A stretch of DNA of 63,249 bases, the filler included, from Octopus bimaculoides (taxonomy: Eukaryota), in assembly GCF_001194135.2 (NCBI RefSeq). It is 5 parts of 5 records of this genome, joined end to end, with 100 filler letters (N's around TTAATTAATTAA, not from the genome) between each part and the next. Parts side by side here need not be neighbours in the genome. Positions count along the whole stretch, not along the records: positions 1 to 22,708 come from NC_068989.1; 4 more parts are not named here. One strand, given 5' to 3'. The position numbers were made by a program, and so were the translations under genes. This document shows, piece after piece, positions 1-14,329 of this stretch (its first letter is position 1; each line of letters begins with the position of its first letter). The notes beneath the pieces are model-generated. The model did no database searches. It was given only the letters and a program-made list of their open reading frames with translations, and was not told the origin of the DNA.

Positions 1-860
1 ACAACAACGAAACGCATGAATATCGACAACAAAAACAAGAACAAGAACAAGAAGAATCGTAGCACCAACAACAACAACAACAACAACAACAACAGAGGAT
101 ATGTGAACCACAACAACAACAGTATTAATTCATGTTGAACAACAACGACAGGAACAACAGCAAGAATATTCACAAAAATCCATTTTCTCAACGTTGTCAA
201 AGAAAACGTTAACAGCATTTTTTTTTTTTCAATGTAATCTAGTATACATCCTCCTTCTTTCTAATTCTCCTCTTCCTTCTCTTCGCCATCATCATCATCA
301 TCGTCATCGTCGTCATCATCATCGTCATCATCATCATCATCATCATCGTCTCTACTATCTCCATCATTATCAACACCATCATCATAAACACTATTCCCAC
401 CACCACCAACATCAACAACGACATCTTCATCGTCATCGTCGTCATCGTTGTCATCACCATCATCATCATCGTCTCTACTATCTCCATCATTATCAACAAC
501 ATCACCCTCATCATCATCATAAACACTATTCCCATCATCTTCATCGTCGTCATCATCATCATCGTCATCATCGTCATCATCATCATCGTTGTCAACACAC
601 CACCATCAAACTCCCCAATATCACTATCAACTAAGTGACGTGTGTTTCCCTCACAGCAGCAACAGCAGCACCACCACCACCATTACCACCACCACCACCA
701 CTACCATCTGTTACTATGGTGATGACAAGCAAGATGGACGGTATGTTTAATAGTTCAGAGATTGCCAAATCTTTCTGAACGTGACAAGAATACATTTTAC
801 TCATGTGATTGGCCACCACCACCATCATCATCATCATCATAATCATCATCACCGATATCA
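1..860. repeat. Compound trinucleotide low-complexity tract (AAC, CAT/CGT, CAC)n
   Basis: Direct reading of the repeats; explains the His-rich and Met-rich ORFs at 194-867. Confidence 0.9.
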
Positions 861-916
861 CCCTCATCTCTTACTTCGTTGATGAGCAAGCCTTCTCGCA
901 CTGATTTTTTTTTCTT

Positions 917-968
<52 letters not shown>

Positions 969-1705
969 NNNNNNNNNNNNNNNNNNNNNNNNNNNNNNNN
1001 NNNNNNNNNNNNNNNNNNNNNNNNNNNNNNGTGTGTGTGTGTGTGTGTGCGTGTTTGTGTGTGTGCGTTTGTGTGTGTGTGTGTATGTGTGCGTGTTTGT
1101 GTGTTTTTCTGTGTATTTTCTGTGTGCGTGTGTGTGTGTGTGTGCGCGCGCGCATGAGAGAGAGAGTATATGTGTTGTGTAAAATATACGAAGCCCAGTA
1201 TACCCATCATGACTACCCGTCTGATAAGGGTACACCAGGCACATGCATCACAACCATATGTACGCGACATGGTGATCTCATATCAAGATAAACAGCGCAT
1301 GACCTCGCAGCTAAAATTTTCTTCAGGTCGAGTAGCCCATGCCACTCAAAATTTCCCTGAATAAGGTTTGTTTAAGGATGTTGAGCAAAACACCCATGTT
1401 TCCAAAGGTGAATTATTCAAACCCCAAAGTATTCCCCTCAACACATGGCTATGATGCTCCCCTACTACTTCTGCTCATGATCAGAGATGTACATATCGTC
1501 AGCCATCAAGGGACATGCTCAACTGGTTACGGTCAAACAACTGACAAGAAAATCTGTGGAATCGAGCAGAATATTTGCTGTAGCCAATCTTTTATACCAA
1601 GACAAAACATTGCACATGATAACACTTCCAATCATTTAAGATCAGAAGCCATGAGAGCTACTGCCTGGTGCTGCATCCGGACATTTATTATTATTATTAT
1701 TATTA

Positions 1706-1754
<49 letters not shown>

Positions 1755-2613
1755 TTGCCTTAGCACAGCTTCTAACGCTGGAGATGTAAGTTCAAACTGT
1801 CATAAACATAAACATCTCCGAAAAAATTGGTCGACAAATCAAAACGATTGTTCCTGGTGCGATGATTGAAGAGTGTGCGGTGTGGACTGTATGTTAGAAA
1901 GTCTGTATGAAAATTAATGGTTGGTTGTATTGGAATTTCAGGAAATTTTTCCGCTGTGATTTTCCACCCGGCGTCAATAAGTTTGTCACATAACATTTGT
2001 CCTGAAAGTAAAAACTTCTCAAATTTCAAAGCAAATATTCTCAACCAAAATGTTCTCTTGCCAACTGACTCAGAGGAATGGGAAATCAGCTTTCTCAGCT
2101 TCTTTTCTTTTTTCTTTTTTTTTTCTTTTTGTCTTCAGGGCCGAAATTTCCTTTTTTTTTTTCTTCTTTTTTTTTTCGAAGTTCATCAAGCAATTACACA
2201 AATAACTGAAACAAATTTTAAAAAGAACATACCTGTTCAAGGACATTCAAATTCTCCTTAATGCCTGCACCAAGCAATATTAATTTTGAACGAAAGTGTT
2301 CAATAATAGCTTCCATCATGTGAAATGAATTGCTCTCACCAATCAATTTAAACTTTTGAAGCAATGAATCGTCAGACTGTGGTACACACATTGGTATATC
2401 TGATGTAAGACCATCCGGTATAGTTTGTTCTGCCTTTATCCAGAAATGATAAATGGCTCTTGATTTTAGCACCAAAATGATTAAGTGTTTTAACTGATAG
2501 GAATGTCGATTTCTCATTTTGTGATTTGAATGGTACAAAATCCATTGGCCCAGGATTGGGCTCAAGAAGGAATAAAACGCAAAATCTGTAAATTATTTTA
2601 CGATCTTCCTTAG

Positions 2614-2695
2614 ACACCCGAGTGGAGTTTGAACTCATGCAGCATTTGTCCATTATAACTTAAGTCCAACGTCTTAACCACTCGGCCATCGTGGT
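2614..2695 (-). pseudogene. tRNA-Leu(TAA) pseudogene
   Basis: Minus strand reads ACCACGATGGCCGAGTGGTTAAGACGTTGGACTTAAGTTATAATGGACAAATGCTGCATGAGTTCAAACTCCACTCGGGTG. It has an A box, a TAA anticodon loop and a long variable arm like metazoan tRNA-Leu-TAA, but the anticodon stem 3' side, T arm and acceptor stem are mutated. Confidence 0.8.
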
Positions 2696-4076
2696 ATTGA
2701 CGTATACAGACATGACTTTTAACCTTTTTGACTCGTTTGACCGTCAAGTGGTGACCCTTGAAACCTCTGAGCCTGTACATTATATTTTTATCATTCTATT
2801 GTCTCAACTATTTGTATTACTTTTTGCCGACACCATGCATCACTCGCTTCATAAGATTCCATCATTTTCTAAGGCATCTTACGATATTTTACTTTAGCCT
2901 CATCACATTGTAATGTATTGCTATGTGTGTGCATATTCTTTATCGTTTCCTTACTCTCATCAGAAATTTCATTACCTGTTACTTTATTACTTTCATCTTT
3001 TTTTATGTAAGCTCTCAAATCGTAAATGACAGATGATCGTTCTGCAGTTTCTTACTGCACAAACATCCTACACAGATGATTTATTTATAGCGATCAAATG
3101 CTTCTGCCGCACATAAGCTCACTTCCTTTAATAAGTCAATATACACTTATTTCTTTATCCACTAAGCTTCACCTCCTCTCAACCAATTATTATTTTCTTA
3201 TTCCTTCTAAATCTCTTCTAATACAGCTCGTTCGTTCGTCTTATTCCTTCTAAATCTCTCCTAATACAGCTCGTTCGTTCGTTCGTACGTTAGTTAGTCA
3301 GTCAGTCAGTCACCTAGTTAGTTTGTTAATTAATTAATTAGTTAGTTAGTTAGAAGGTTGATTAGTTGGTTAATTAGTTATTTTATAGGTTCGTTAGTTA
3401 GTTGATTGGTAGACTAAGTAAATAGATTAATTGGGTAATTCTTTCTTTCTTCTCTTGTGTTTGGCCTTTTTTTGTTGGTCTAACATTTGATAATTTCCGT
3501 TCTGTCTGTGTGTCAAAACGCCAGATTCTTCATCTGTCTTTATTGACTGAGTTCATACAGATAGTCTCTCCGTCTCTCTCTCTCTCTCTCGCTCTCCCTT
3601 CCCCCTCTCTCTATCTCTCTCCCTTCCCCCTCTCTCTCTCCCTCCCCCTCTCTCTCCCTTCCCCTCTCCCTCCCTTCCCCCTCTCTCTCTCCCTTCCCCC
3701 TCTCTCTCTACTTNNNNNNNNNNNNNNNNNNNNNNNNNNNNNNNNNNNNNNNNNNNNNNNNNNNNNNNNNNNNNNNNNNNNNNNNNNNNNNNNNNNNNNN
3801 NNNNNNNNNNNNNNNNNNNNNNNNNNNNCTCGCTCTCCCTTCCCCCTCTCTCTATCTCTCTCCCTTCCCCCTCTCTCTCTCCCTCCCCCTCTCTCTCCCT
3901 TCCCCTCTCCCTCCCTTCCCCCTCTCTCTCTCCCTTCCCCCTCTCTCTCTACTTCTCTGTGTGTCGGTGATTTTATGCAGAGAGTAGAGCCAAATTTATT
4001 GTGAAGATTAATACGGGTGGCACTTCATTACACGCACATACAAACACATACACATATATTCACACGCACACGCATA

Positions 4077-4109
<33 letters not shown>

Positions 4110-4754
4110 GCACGAATATATATTTATGCGCGCATGCACGTGTGTGTGTGTTTATGTGACTGTGTATGCATATCCACTTCGTGTAGGGCAGATTCGGCTG
4201 AATCAATCGTTTCCAGAAAAGCAACCTGTTTTTGTTTGTCCGATGACCAGGATGAAAACTATTGTGTGGTGTACGAGATTGAAATGACTGGGCACAGACA
4301 CTTTTGAAGTAGGAGCTTTGAACAGTGATATGTAATAAATACAATATCACTACCAGTTCAAATATGCTTGTGGCATGTTTGGACAAATAAACCAGCCATT
4401 TACTGCGTTTAGTCAGGGAGATAATTTCTCGTTGTTGACAATGGTGTAGATAGACCTGGATCAGTTCTGTGTGATGCAGACTGTGTGATGCAGCATTTCG
4501 GAGTAGTTGTCTCCTCTTCAGCCACAGACACTGGGAAGAACGCACTGCAAACTGATAAAAGTAAGTGATTCTCTCATGCTATTTCAGTCACGGTACGATG
4601 GCTGATAACGCTATGCGGCGGCTCACCGTAAGTAAATTACGAAGTAGGGGCCCTAACAGTCTGGAAAGGGGGCGCTGCGAACTGATCTAGATGTATTTAC
4701 ACCATTGTCAGCTGTGAGAAATTTTCTCCATGGCAAAACACTGTGAATATCTGT

Positions 4755-4940
4755 GGCTGTAGGAGTGGCTGTGTGGTAAGTAGTTTGCTTACCAAACACA
4801 TGGTTCCGGGTTCAGTCCCACTGCGTGGCACCTTGGGCGAGTGTCTTCTACTATAGCCTCGGGCCGACCAAAGCCTTGTTAGTGGATTTCGTAGACGGAA
4901 ACTGAAAGAAGCTCGTCGTATATATGTGTGTGTGTATATA

Positions 4941-4974
<34 letters not shown>

Positions 4975-5183
4975 CATGTATGTGTGTGTGTGTGTATATG
5001 TTTGTGTTTCTGTGTTTGTTCCCCCAACATCGCTTGGCAACCGATGCTGGTGTGTTTACGTCCCCGTAACTTAGCGGTTCGGAAAAAGAGACCGATAGAA
5101 TAAGTACTAGGCTTACAGGAATAAGTCCTTGGGTCAATTTGCTCGACTAAAGGCCACAGTCATATGATTGAAACAAGTAAAAG
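4755..5183 (+). mobile_element. SINE family A (tRNA head, CORE-like CCTTGGGCAAGT box, internal microsatellite, tail GACTGAAACAAGTAAAAG)
   Basis: A box TGGCTGTGTGG, B box GGTTCAGTCCC; more than 15 homologous copies in this window. Confidence 0.9.
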
Positions 5184-6214
5184 GGTATTAGTCCAAACAT
5201 GCCACAGGAATATTTGAACTGCTAGTGATGTTGCATTCAGACACTTACCTCATAAACCAGCTCCTCAAGTGCTTCTCCAAGTTCCCAGTAAAGAAGCGAT
5301 GCCATTTTTCCTGTAGAAATTTGCTGAAAGGAGGATGAGAATGCTGGAAATGGGTTACATGAATGAATTCACTCTTAGCTTACACCTGTAGTTTGGAAAA
5401 CACAAATCAGGTTTGTGTCTAAGGTACTGCTCCTCCAACAGGAACATCTGCCTTTCCTGCCTTTATTTTGTAAACCTAATTTGTTTTTCATAATTGATTT
5501 TCCATAGCTGGCTCCACTCCTTTGTTATAATGTGTCTTTGCAATGTCTCCGTCATCTTTCTCGCTTGTGTCAAATAATAAAGGAACGATAAATAAAACGA
5601 TTCGTCAGTTTTCCCATTAATTATATTTTTATTGCATGATTTTACGGCACTACCGAGCACGCCTCAATGAACCTTAGGTAACTGCTGTGTTTTATTTCGT
5701 ATTTTGAATTGAGAGTTTCTCTGCGAAGTGTGTAATGCTATTGTCTTTATATATTTTTCATATTTGTAAGTTCTGGGTGTTTGATGTACTCTTTTAATCC
5801 CCACATTCAGATTACTTCCATTTCCAGGGGTTTTTTTGTTTTGTTTTTTTTCAGATAAAATTTCCACTTTTTTTAAAGATACTATATTTTCTGCTGAGAT
5901 TGCTATTTTGTTCACGATGCAACTCTTTTCCAACTGTCATTAGCAACAACATCTAGTCAAATAACCTTGTCAATGCAGATTAGCATCTTTCAAAGTACAA
6001 TCACTTTGCCATTCTCTGTAACCTTATCTGATGTACGTGTATACCGCCCCTTTCTTTCTGGTATTTTGTAATGCTGACATAATTTCCAGTCTATGAAAAG
6101 TTTCAATTTTGTCATGTGTTTACATGTATTTTCCTTGGCTAACTATCAGCAGCAGCCAGAGACAATGTAGTTAATTGTTTCTTCCCATTCTTCACTTAAT
6201 TTACAGTTAATTAA

Positions 6215-6624
6215 GGCGTAGGAGTGGCTGTGTGGTAAGTAGCTTGCTTACCAACCACATGGTTCCGGGTTCAGTCCCACTCTGCGTGGCACCTTGGGCA
6301 AGTGTCTTCTACTATAGCCTCGGGCCGACCAAAGCCTTGTGAGTAGATTTGGTAGACGGAAACTGAAAAGAAGCCTGTCGTATATATTATATTTATATGT
6401 ATGTGTGTGTGTATATGTTTGTGCGTCTGTGTTTGCCCCCCCCCCCAACATCGCTTGACAACCGATGCTGGTGTGTTTACGTCCCCGTAACTTAGCGGTT
6501 CGGCAAAAGAGACTGATAGAATAAGTACTAAGCTTACAAAGAATAAGTCGTGGGGTCGATTTGCTCGACTAAAGGCGGCGCTCCAGCATGTCCACAGTCA
6601 AATGACTGAAACAAGTAAAAGAGT
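6215..6624 (+). mobile_element. SINE family A, full length
   Basis: Same head, body and tail as 4755-5183. Confidence 0.9.
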
Positions 6625-6779
6625 ATATTCTGCATACATGCTTTTCGTGGTTTCTATTGGGAACGCCACGGCCCAGTGCCGCTATCAAGACAACTTAAAG
6701 CCCAGTTTTGAATCTATTGATTCCCAGCCAATGTAGTAGTTCTGTCTTTAACCCTAGGTTTCATCAGGCCAGTTACCCG

Positions 6780-6988
6780 GTGTCCATGGCATATAAACGA
6801 CCGAGATCAAGACATTTCCCCTGAACGGGACGCCGGTCTGTCGCAGGGTTACTCACTTATAGCTGAATGAGTTGGAACAACATGAAATGAAGTGTTTTGC
6901 TCATCAACACAACACAGCACCCTGCCAGGGAATCGAAACCGTGTGACGATCGTGAGTGTAACACCTTATCCTCTAAGCCACGCGCTTT
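6780..6988 (-). mobile_element. Degenerate tRNA-derived SINE of another family
   Basis: Minus strand GCGTGGCTTAGAGGATAAGG...GGTTTCGATTCCC head followed by GAGCAAAACACTT and CCCTGCGACAGACCGGCGTCCCGTTCAGGGG. Confidence 0.6.
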
Positions 6989-9939
6989 ATATTTCTTTGT
7001 CTATTTCTACCTTGTTAACTTTAGCTAATTAACAGATTTTCTTGCCATCCTTTTAGCTTTGCATTTTTTGCATCCCGTTTTTTGGCTAATAAATGGAACA
7101 GCCAGAGTATTTCTAGCTATTATTTTTGTTTCTTTACCTTCATTTGTTTTGAATATTTAACTAATGCATGTTTTTAATACCTCTTCCAAACATTGTTTTT
7201 CTTCTTCGTTCTATTATGTCTAGTTTCTGATTCTTAATTATTTATAGCTCTGTATTTACTCTAATCTTCTTATCAAACATGACATTAGCGTATTTAAATA
7301 ATTTCCTTTAGTTTTGGAGGGTTTTTTCAGTGTTATGTCGGCACATTTTTCCAATCCGAATCTCGTTCTTTTATTTTGTAGCTCTTCATGTACGTTGTTT
7401 ACTTGGGTTTTAATCGTCTTTTATGAGCGGATTTGAGAGAATACCCACTATACTCCGGTACTCCTGCGAATATAAATTCATTCAACAAAGTGATATTCAT
7501 GTTCGTGTCTGTTTTGATTAGACATGCGATAGTTAAGTTTGCGATTTTTATTACTGAGGCTATTTCATTGTTTATTTATTTTTTTAGGGGTACCTTCATA
7601 GATTTATTAAATTTTATTCTTTAATCATTTCCACCTTTAGATTAGTCATCATCATAGTTTCCGTTTTGAGAATTTCCTATTATTAAATTTTTCCCATATT
7701 TTCTTTTATTTATATTTTGCTTCTGTTCTGTTTCATTTTTTTTTTTTTTTTCTCTACGTGTTCTGGGTTTGGATTGGTCGGGTTTTATCATTTATTTGGA
7801 TTACTTTGTGCATTTTAGGTATATCTTGCTATGTAAGTTCGAAAGGTTTTTCTTTTATTTTTGTCATTATTTTACGCTCCTTGTATTTTATTTACATATT
7901 CTTTAAGCATTTTTTTTCAATTTCTCATATTCTTCAGCGTTGACAATGTGTCATCTTAAGTTAGCAATCCTGTTTGGATCGTAGATCAGGGTTATATTCT
8001 CAAAAAAACTTTATACAAAAACATAGTCGTTGTTTCATTGCAGGGATAGTGTGTGGCGATAAAACGTGCATGAAGTATAGAAATGTATTCTCGTATTCAT
8101 TTATGCTTTGTTTTGTTTGCAAGACATGATGAAAAAAATCCGGTCCTGTATTTAACGTGTCGTCGTTTTAATGGTTTCTAAAAACCGACAAGTAGAAACA
8201 TTGCCATATCATTATTTATAGGAGGTAAAAATCAATAAATTTCAAAGCAAATCAGCGTAATATTTACAGTTATCCTTCATTCTTTTTGTCATTTGCTGAC
8301 ACTTCGCTTCGTTTGTTTGTTTATATAAAGAGTGAATCGGTCTAGTGCTTCGTTAGTTTATTTACAAATATTCTTTTCCACTCGCCTTATTTTTATTGCA
8401 TGTTATCACTGTAGCACCGAGTTGTGTGCAGTGCTTTGGTTTATCTTTGCTGTTGTTTTTACACATTCCAGAGTGTTCCAGGTGATATGTATGCAGTGCC
8501 TAAAACTGCTAATTTGTTTATGTTGTGTATATTTGATTTCGGTTATGTATTTGTTTGTTTGTTTTTCTTCCCCAAAACATCTATTATTGTACAGACTGCT
8601 TTTGTGGTCAGGCTCCGTATTCGGTTTATCTTTATATTCGGATAATTCCTCCATTTCATTGAAAGAGACATCATCATCTGTTGGGACTGCTACTTCGATT
8701 AGGAGGCATCTGAATTTCTGAATCGATTAGCTTTGATCTCCTGGTCTGTGTCTATTGTCATATCCAAGAGTATTCTCACTTTATTATTCCTCAAAACATA
8801 TTCTGGTGTATATTTGCAACTCCTTTATTCTGTTGTTAGTTAGACTGCTGAAATAATAGCCAGCGTAAGTCCCAACTTTGTCATGTCTGCTCGATATATT
8901 CTTTCTCATCTATCACAAAACAAGTGGAAACAGCAGTGTTAGTTTCTGACCCATCTCCACATATTCTTCAATTATTGCATTTTGTTGTATTATATGCTTT
9001 TGGAGGTTTCTGGTATGAAAACTGACCCTCTGCGCAATCATGAATCCTTTAGTCTCAGCCTTGAGCTCTGAGCTTCTCAACTAATACTATGCTTTTTTTT
9101 TTTCACTTTTTTTTTTCCATCTCCAGCTTATTAACTCTGTTCGGCTGTTGACCAAGTCGTAACTTTTCCTGTCATCCTTTTGCATTAGCATTCTGTAACC
9201 CTGATTCTGTTTTAGATTATAGTTGTTTCAGAATTTCTATAATTGTTCTTTGTTTTTATGGCTATCTGTCATTTTATTGTTGGTTTCCGTGTAAACAGAC
9301 AACAGTTGCTTCATTCAGCCAATACTTCGTAGCTATTTGTATTAACCTCTCATATTTCTCTACTCGATATTTTTCTACTTCTAGCGTGAATATTTTACGA
9401 TAGTTTTTTTTAAAGTTAAAAACAAACTCTTTCTATGTCAGATTTGAAGTCGCTTAATTTAAACACAGACATTCTTGATTTTTATTGTCTAGTGTTACCG
9501 GTTCGTTTACCATCCAGTTGTGAATATAACCAAGAGAGGTACAGCATTGATACCTGTCGCCTTACCGTTTGCGTTTAGCCTTGTTTAAATACAAATCTAA
9601 AGCGTCTTTTAGGACCGAGTAGACACCTAAAACATTTTCGTACTTAATTTTGTCTGCTGTGTGTGTGTATGTGTGTGTATGCGTGCGTGTGTATTTATGA
9701 GCGTGTCTGTGTTTGTGTCTGTGTGTATGTGTGTGTGCGTATCTTGTGTGTGTGTGTGAGTGTGTGTGTGTGTTTATGCGTATGTGTATGTGTGTGTGTG
9801 TGCGTGTCTGTATGTATGTGTGTGTATGTGCGTATCTTGTGTGTGTGTATGTGTGTATGTGTGTGTTTGCGTGTTTGTGTGCAAGTGTGTCAGTGTGTGT
9901 ATTTATGTGCGTGTCTTTTGTGTGTGTGTCTATCCTTGC

Positions 9940-10125
9940 ATCACCGCCTGACAACCAGTGTTGGTGTGTTTACGTCCCCGTAACGTAGCAGTTCGTCAAA
10001 ATAGACCGATAGATTAAGTACCAGGCTGAGAGAAAATAAAAATAAAGCACTGGTGCCGATTCGTTCAACTAAAATCCTTCAAGGTACTGCTCCATTACGG
10101 CCGCAGTCTAATGACTAAAACCAGC
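9940..10125 (+). mobile_element. SINE family A, diverged 3' half
   Basis: TTACGTCCCCGTAACGTAGCAGTTCG...GACTAAAACCAGCAAAAG matches the family A 3' half. Confidence 0.7.
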
Positions 10126-10129
10126 AAAA

Positions 10130-10547
10130 GATAAACAGTAATAGCTAGCACCACTACCACTAAACCACGATCACTACCACTGGTACTATAGTACCACTTC
10201 TACTACTACTATACCATCATCCCTACTACCACCTTACCATCACCACTAATACTGTGTTATAACATACTACTACTACTACTACCATGCTACAAATGACAAA
10301 AACATACCATCAACACTTTCGCCACAACCATACCATCAACACTACTACTCTACTGTCACCAGTACTATAAAGCTATGATTTACTAATACCACTGACACCA
10401 CTGCCATATCATCAGCACCACCATCATACTATCACTATACTATCGGCATACCACTTTCATCAGAACTACCACCCCTACCATCGGTAGTGTAATGCTACAA
10501 CGTATTAACATCACCAACACCACCATCATACCATCACAACTACCACA

Positions 10548-10611
<64 letters not shown>

Positions 10612-11220
10612 ATATCTCCACTACTATCAGTACTGCAATACTAAAGTCTACTAATACCATCAACACTACAACCACAATTGTCATCATCACCACCACTACC
10701 ACTACTACCACCACTACTACTACTACCACCACAACAACCACTACTACTACAATCACCACTACCATCACCACTACTATCATCACTGCCTCCACCAACACCA
10801 CTATCACCACCACCACAACTGCCACCACCAATACCACCACCACAACAACCACCACTACCACTACCACAACAACCACCACTACTACCTCCATTACTACTAT
10901 CACCATCACTACCACCACAACCACCACCACTACCACTACCACCACCACTACTACAACCACTACCACAATCACTACTACAACCACTACCACCATCACTACC
11001 ACCACAACCAACGCTACCACTATAACCACCATTAGTATCACCACTACCACTATCACTGCCACTACTACCACCAACACCATTACCACTACCACCAGCACTA
11101 TAATTCTACAATGTACTAAGACTACCACCATTACAACCATCACCACCACACCATCACCACCTCCAACATACCATCACCATACCACTACCACTACCACCAA
11201 TACTACAAACATCAACAGAA
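10130..11220. repeat. About 1.1 kb degenerate (CAC/TAC)n trinucleotide tract
   Basis: Direct reading; source of the poly-Val and poly-Pro ORFs. Confidence 0.9.
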
Positions 11221-11553
11221 CAATAAATGTCTGTTGCAATTCAAGACAATTACCTTGCGTCTCGCATGATTTCAATATTCCTCTAATTTAATTTGCATAC
11301 AGTCTGTCTGTGCGTCGCGTGTGTCATGAGTATATGTGCGTGTATGGTATGGACGTCTGTATCTATGTATGTATGGATGCATGTATGTATGTATGTATGT
11401 GTGTATGTGTGCATGTATGCATAAATATACGTATGTATCTGTGAATGTAGGTTTATGTGTATATATATATGAAAGTATGTGTATGTTTGTATATCTATGT
11501 CGATATCTATGTATATACATATGTATGTCCGCATACATATAAAATATACATAA

Positions 11554-11599
<46 letters not shown>

Positions 11600-11764
11600 G
11601 CGTGTGCGTGTGTGTATGTGTGTGTGTGCGTTCGTGTCTGTGAGTGTATATATATATATATATGTACGTATGTATGTACGTGTATATATATATATATATA
11701 TGCGATTTTTCTTGTAGTTTCAGCTCAGAGCTGTGGCCATGCTAGAACACCGCCATTTTGCTAC

Positions 11765-12030
11765 ACTGTTGAAGCAATCCAGCAAAGCTTCACAAAGAAG
11801 ATCGACTCTTTGCAACTGCTTAGCTACTGGGAAAGGCTGAAACAGCTAAGACTCTACTCCCTAGAGCGAAGGCGGGAGAGGTAAGCAATAATATACATGT
11901 GGAGGATCCTGGAAGGAATTGTGCCAAATTTTGGAATTGAAAGCTACACCAATGACAGAACGGGTGGACACTGCACAGTGCCAAAGATCCCAGCAATACC
12001 ATCTCACTTCAGGACCAGTTACTGCAACAT
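11765..12030 (+). mobile_element. CR1/L2-group LINE 3' fragment
   Basis: Peptide FTKKIDSLQLLSYWERLKQLRLYSLERRRER matches the LSYxERLxxLxLxSLExRR motif after the RT domain of CR1-group LINEs. Confidence 0.75.
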
Positions 12031-12189
12031 ACATAGCCTTTTCCGTTTGTTTTCCTGTCTTGTTTTCTTTTCCGTTAGTTTTCCTGTCTTGTTTTCTTTT
12101 CCGTTTGTTTTCCTGTCTTGTTTTTTGTCCGCCACTACATTCCTCCATGGCACAGGTTTAATTTGTGTATACAAATTTAATTTGCAGTC

Positions 12190-12430
12190 CATGGGAAGAG
12201 CCGTTTTAACGATGCGTCCTGCCCAACTCTTCGAAACGCCGGTGTTAAAACGGGGGTAGCTGATGAAAGAAAATGTTCTCTATGTGGCGTGTGTGTTTTC
12301 TGTACACTGGTTATTATTATTTTAATGTCTACGTTTTGTTTGCAATGTCCTATACTCAGATATGCACCTATATATACAGGTAGACGTAGGTATGCACATA
12401 CATGTACGTATATATGCATATACTCATTTA
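12190..12430 (+). repeat. Interspersed repeat, homologous to 37905-38200 on the minus strand (possibly a Penelope-like terminal repeat)
   Basis: Shared CTTCGAAACGCC.GTGTTA...AGCTGATGAA.GAAAAT..TCTCTATGTGGC...GATATGCACCTATATATACAGGTAGA.GTAGGTATGCAC in both copies. Confidence 0.7.
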
Positions 12431-12436
12431 TTATTT

Positions 12437-12480
<44 letters not shown>

Positions 12481-13161
12481 GCATACAGATGTATATATAC
12501 ATTAATATGCACACGCACACATACATACATACATACATACATACATACATACATACATTCATACATATATNNNNNNNNNNNNNNNNNNNNNNNNNNNNNN
12601 NNNNNNNNNNNNNNNNNNNNNNNNNNNNNNNNNNNNNNNNNNNNNNNNNNNNNNNNNNNNNNNNNNNNNNNNNNNNNNNNNNNNNNNNNNNNNNNNNNNN
12701 NNNNNNNNNNNNNNNNNNNNNNNNNNNNNNNNNNNNNNNNNNNNNNNNNNNNNNNNNNNNNNNNNNNNNNNNNNNNNNNNNNNNNNNNNNNNNNNNNNNN
12801 NNNNNNNNNNNNNNNNNNNNNNNNNNNNNNNNNNNNNNNNNNNNNNNNNNNNNNNNNNNNNNNNNNNNNNNNNNNNNNNNNNNNNNNNNNNNNNNNNNNN
12901 NNNNNNNNNNNNNNNNNNNNNNNNNNNNNNNNNNNNNNNNNNNNNNNNNNNNNNNNNNNNNNNNNNNNNNNNNNNNNNNNNNNNNNNNNNNNNNNNNNNN
13001 NNNNNNNNNNNNNNNNNNNNNNNNNNNNNNNNTATATATATATATATATATGTATGTATATATGTATGTATGTATGTATGTATAACAATGTTCGTGCTGC
13101 ACTCTTAGTAACGCTTGAAATCTTCCGTTTTGATTTTAAATTGAGTCTAGACATCTTAATC

Positions 13162-13197
<36 letters not shown>

Positions 13198-13481
13198 GTG
13201 GAATCAGAGAATCGATTAACTCGTTGATAGTCACAATATTGTTTGTCAAAAAGATGGGAAATTGTGAAAGGAATCTGGGTCAATCAGAGTGTGATGTCAT
13301 TGCGCTTTGAGACAATGCAAACAATGACATTTCGATTAGACGAGATTCAGTATCTCCAATAATGAACAGAAGGTATCTGAAGTAAGAAGTTAAATTTACA
13401 TGACTGCTACAAAGAAGAGGTTAATAGTGAAATGTGATGATCACTATTTGGTGCCTAGCAACAAGTTTGCTGTTACATATG

Positions 13482-13514
<33 letters not shown>

Positions 13515-13560
13515 AAATATACATATACTTGAATCTCCATATATATAGACGTATATGTAA

Positions 13561-13632
<72 letters not shown>

Positions 13633-13828
13633 ATATATATATATACATATGCGTATATATATATATACATACATATATATATATATTTATATTTATATTT
13701 ACATATATATATATATAGAGAGAGAGAGAGAGGGGGGGAGAAAGAGATCCTGATCGATAGACAGATACATACAACATGCATGCATACATACATACATACA
13801 TGCATACATACATACATACATACGTACA

Positions 13829-13862
<34 letters not shown>

Positions 13863-14329
13863 CATACATATATTTCTATTGAAAGAATAGTCTAGCATTA
13901 TAAATGGCGAATTAAATTAGGATGCAATAGAAAAATAGTTACATTAACTTAATTTAATTTATTTTTATTGAATAACTTTCTTTAAATATTGTTTGTTGTC
14001 GATTAGTTACAATGGCGGGAGACACGTCATGAACTTGTATATCACTAATAATGTAACCAACGTGTAATATTTCAGTTTTTTTCCCTTTCACCAATTTTAA
14101 TTTCTATTTCTATTTAATCATGTAACAGACATTGGAATAGACGGCCAGATATTACAACTAGTAGAGAGGACAGCAATGAGATGAAATAAATGCTTCAGTA
14201 CCAGACAAATATATTAATGTTGTACAGTTTCTATGCTTGGCTAATCATCATTTCACGTACGACGTCGTCTTACTCGCTGTTTCTATCAACACTGTCATTA
14301 TGAAAATCTTATTCAGTGCTGTAGCGTGG

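Noticed and set aside
194-1291. His-, Met-, TH- and CV-rich ORFs
   Set aside because: Translations of trinucleotide and dinucleotide microsatellites and N gaps.
1339-1869. 176-aa ORF
   Set aside because: No recognisable domain and it runs through an (ATT)n tract; probably an interspersed repeat that I cannot classify.
2925-2965. CTGATGA-GAGTAAG-GAAAC on the minus strand as a hammerhead
   Set aside because: Stem II cannot form and stem I has at most 3 pairs.
4449-4560. Plus-strand exon ending at the strong donor AAAA|GTAAGT
   Set aside because: Weak acceptor, unrecognisable peptide and no partner exons.
7000-9500. AT-rich segments that look like very old LINE remnants
   Set aside because: No motif clear enough to assign a family or boundaries.
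10526-11149. 207-aa poly-Val and poly-Pro ORFs
   Set aside because: Trinucleotide repeat translation.
12190-12270. GAAAC...CTGATGA as a type II hammerhead (also at 38090-38150)
   Set aside because: No U at 16.1, no stem I hairpin between the motifs and poor stem II pairing.
12177-13283. Long X-containing ORFs (also near 17.4, 26.1, 39.2, 42.2, 50.6, 56.4 and 58.5 kb)
   Set aside because: Open only because N gaps contain no stop codons.
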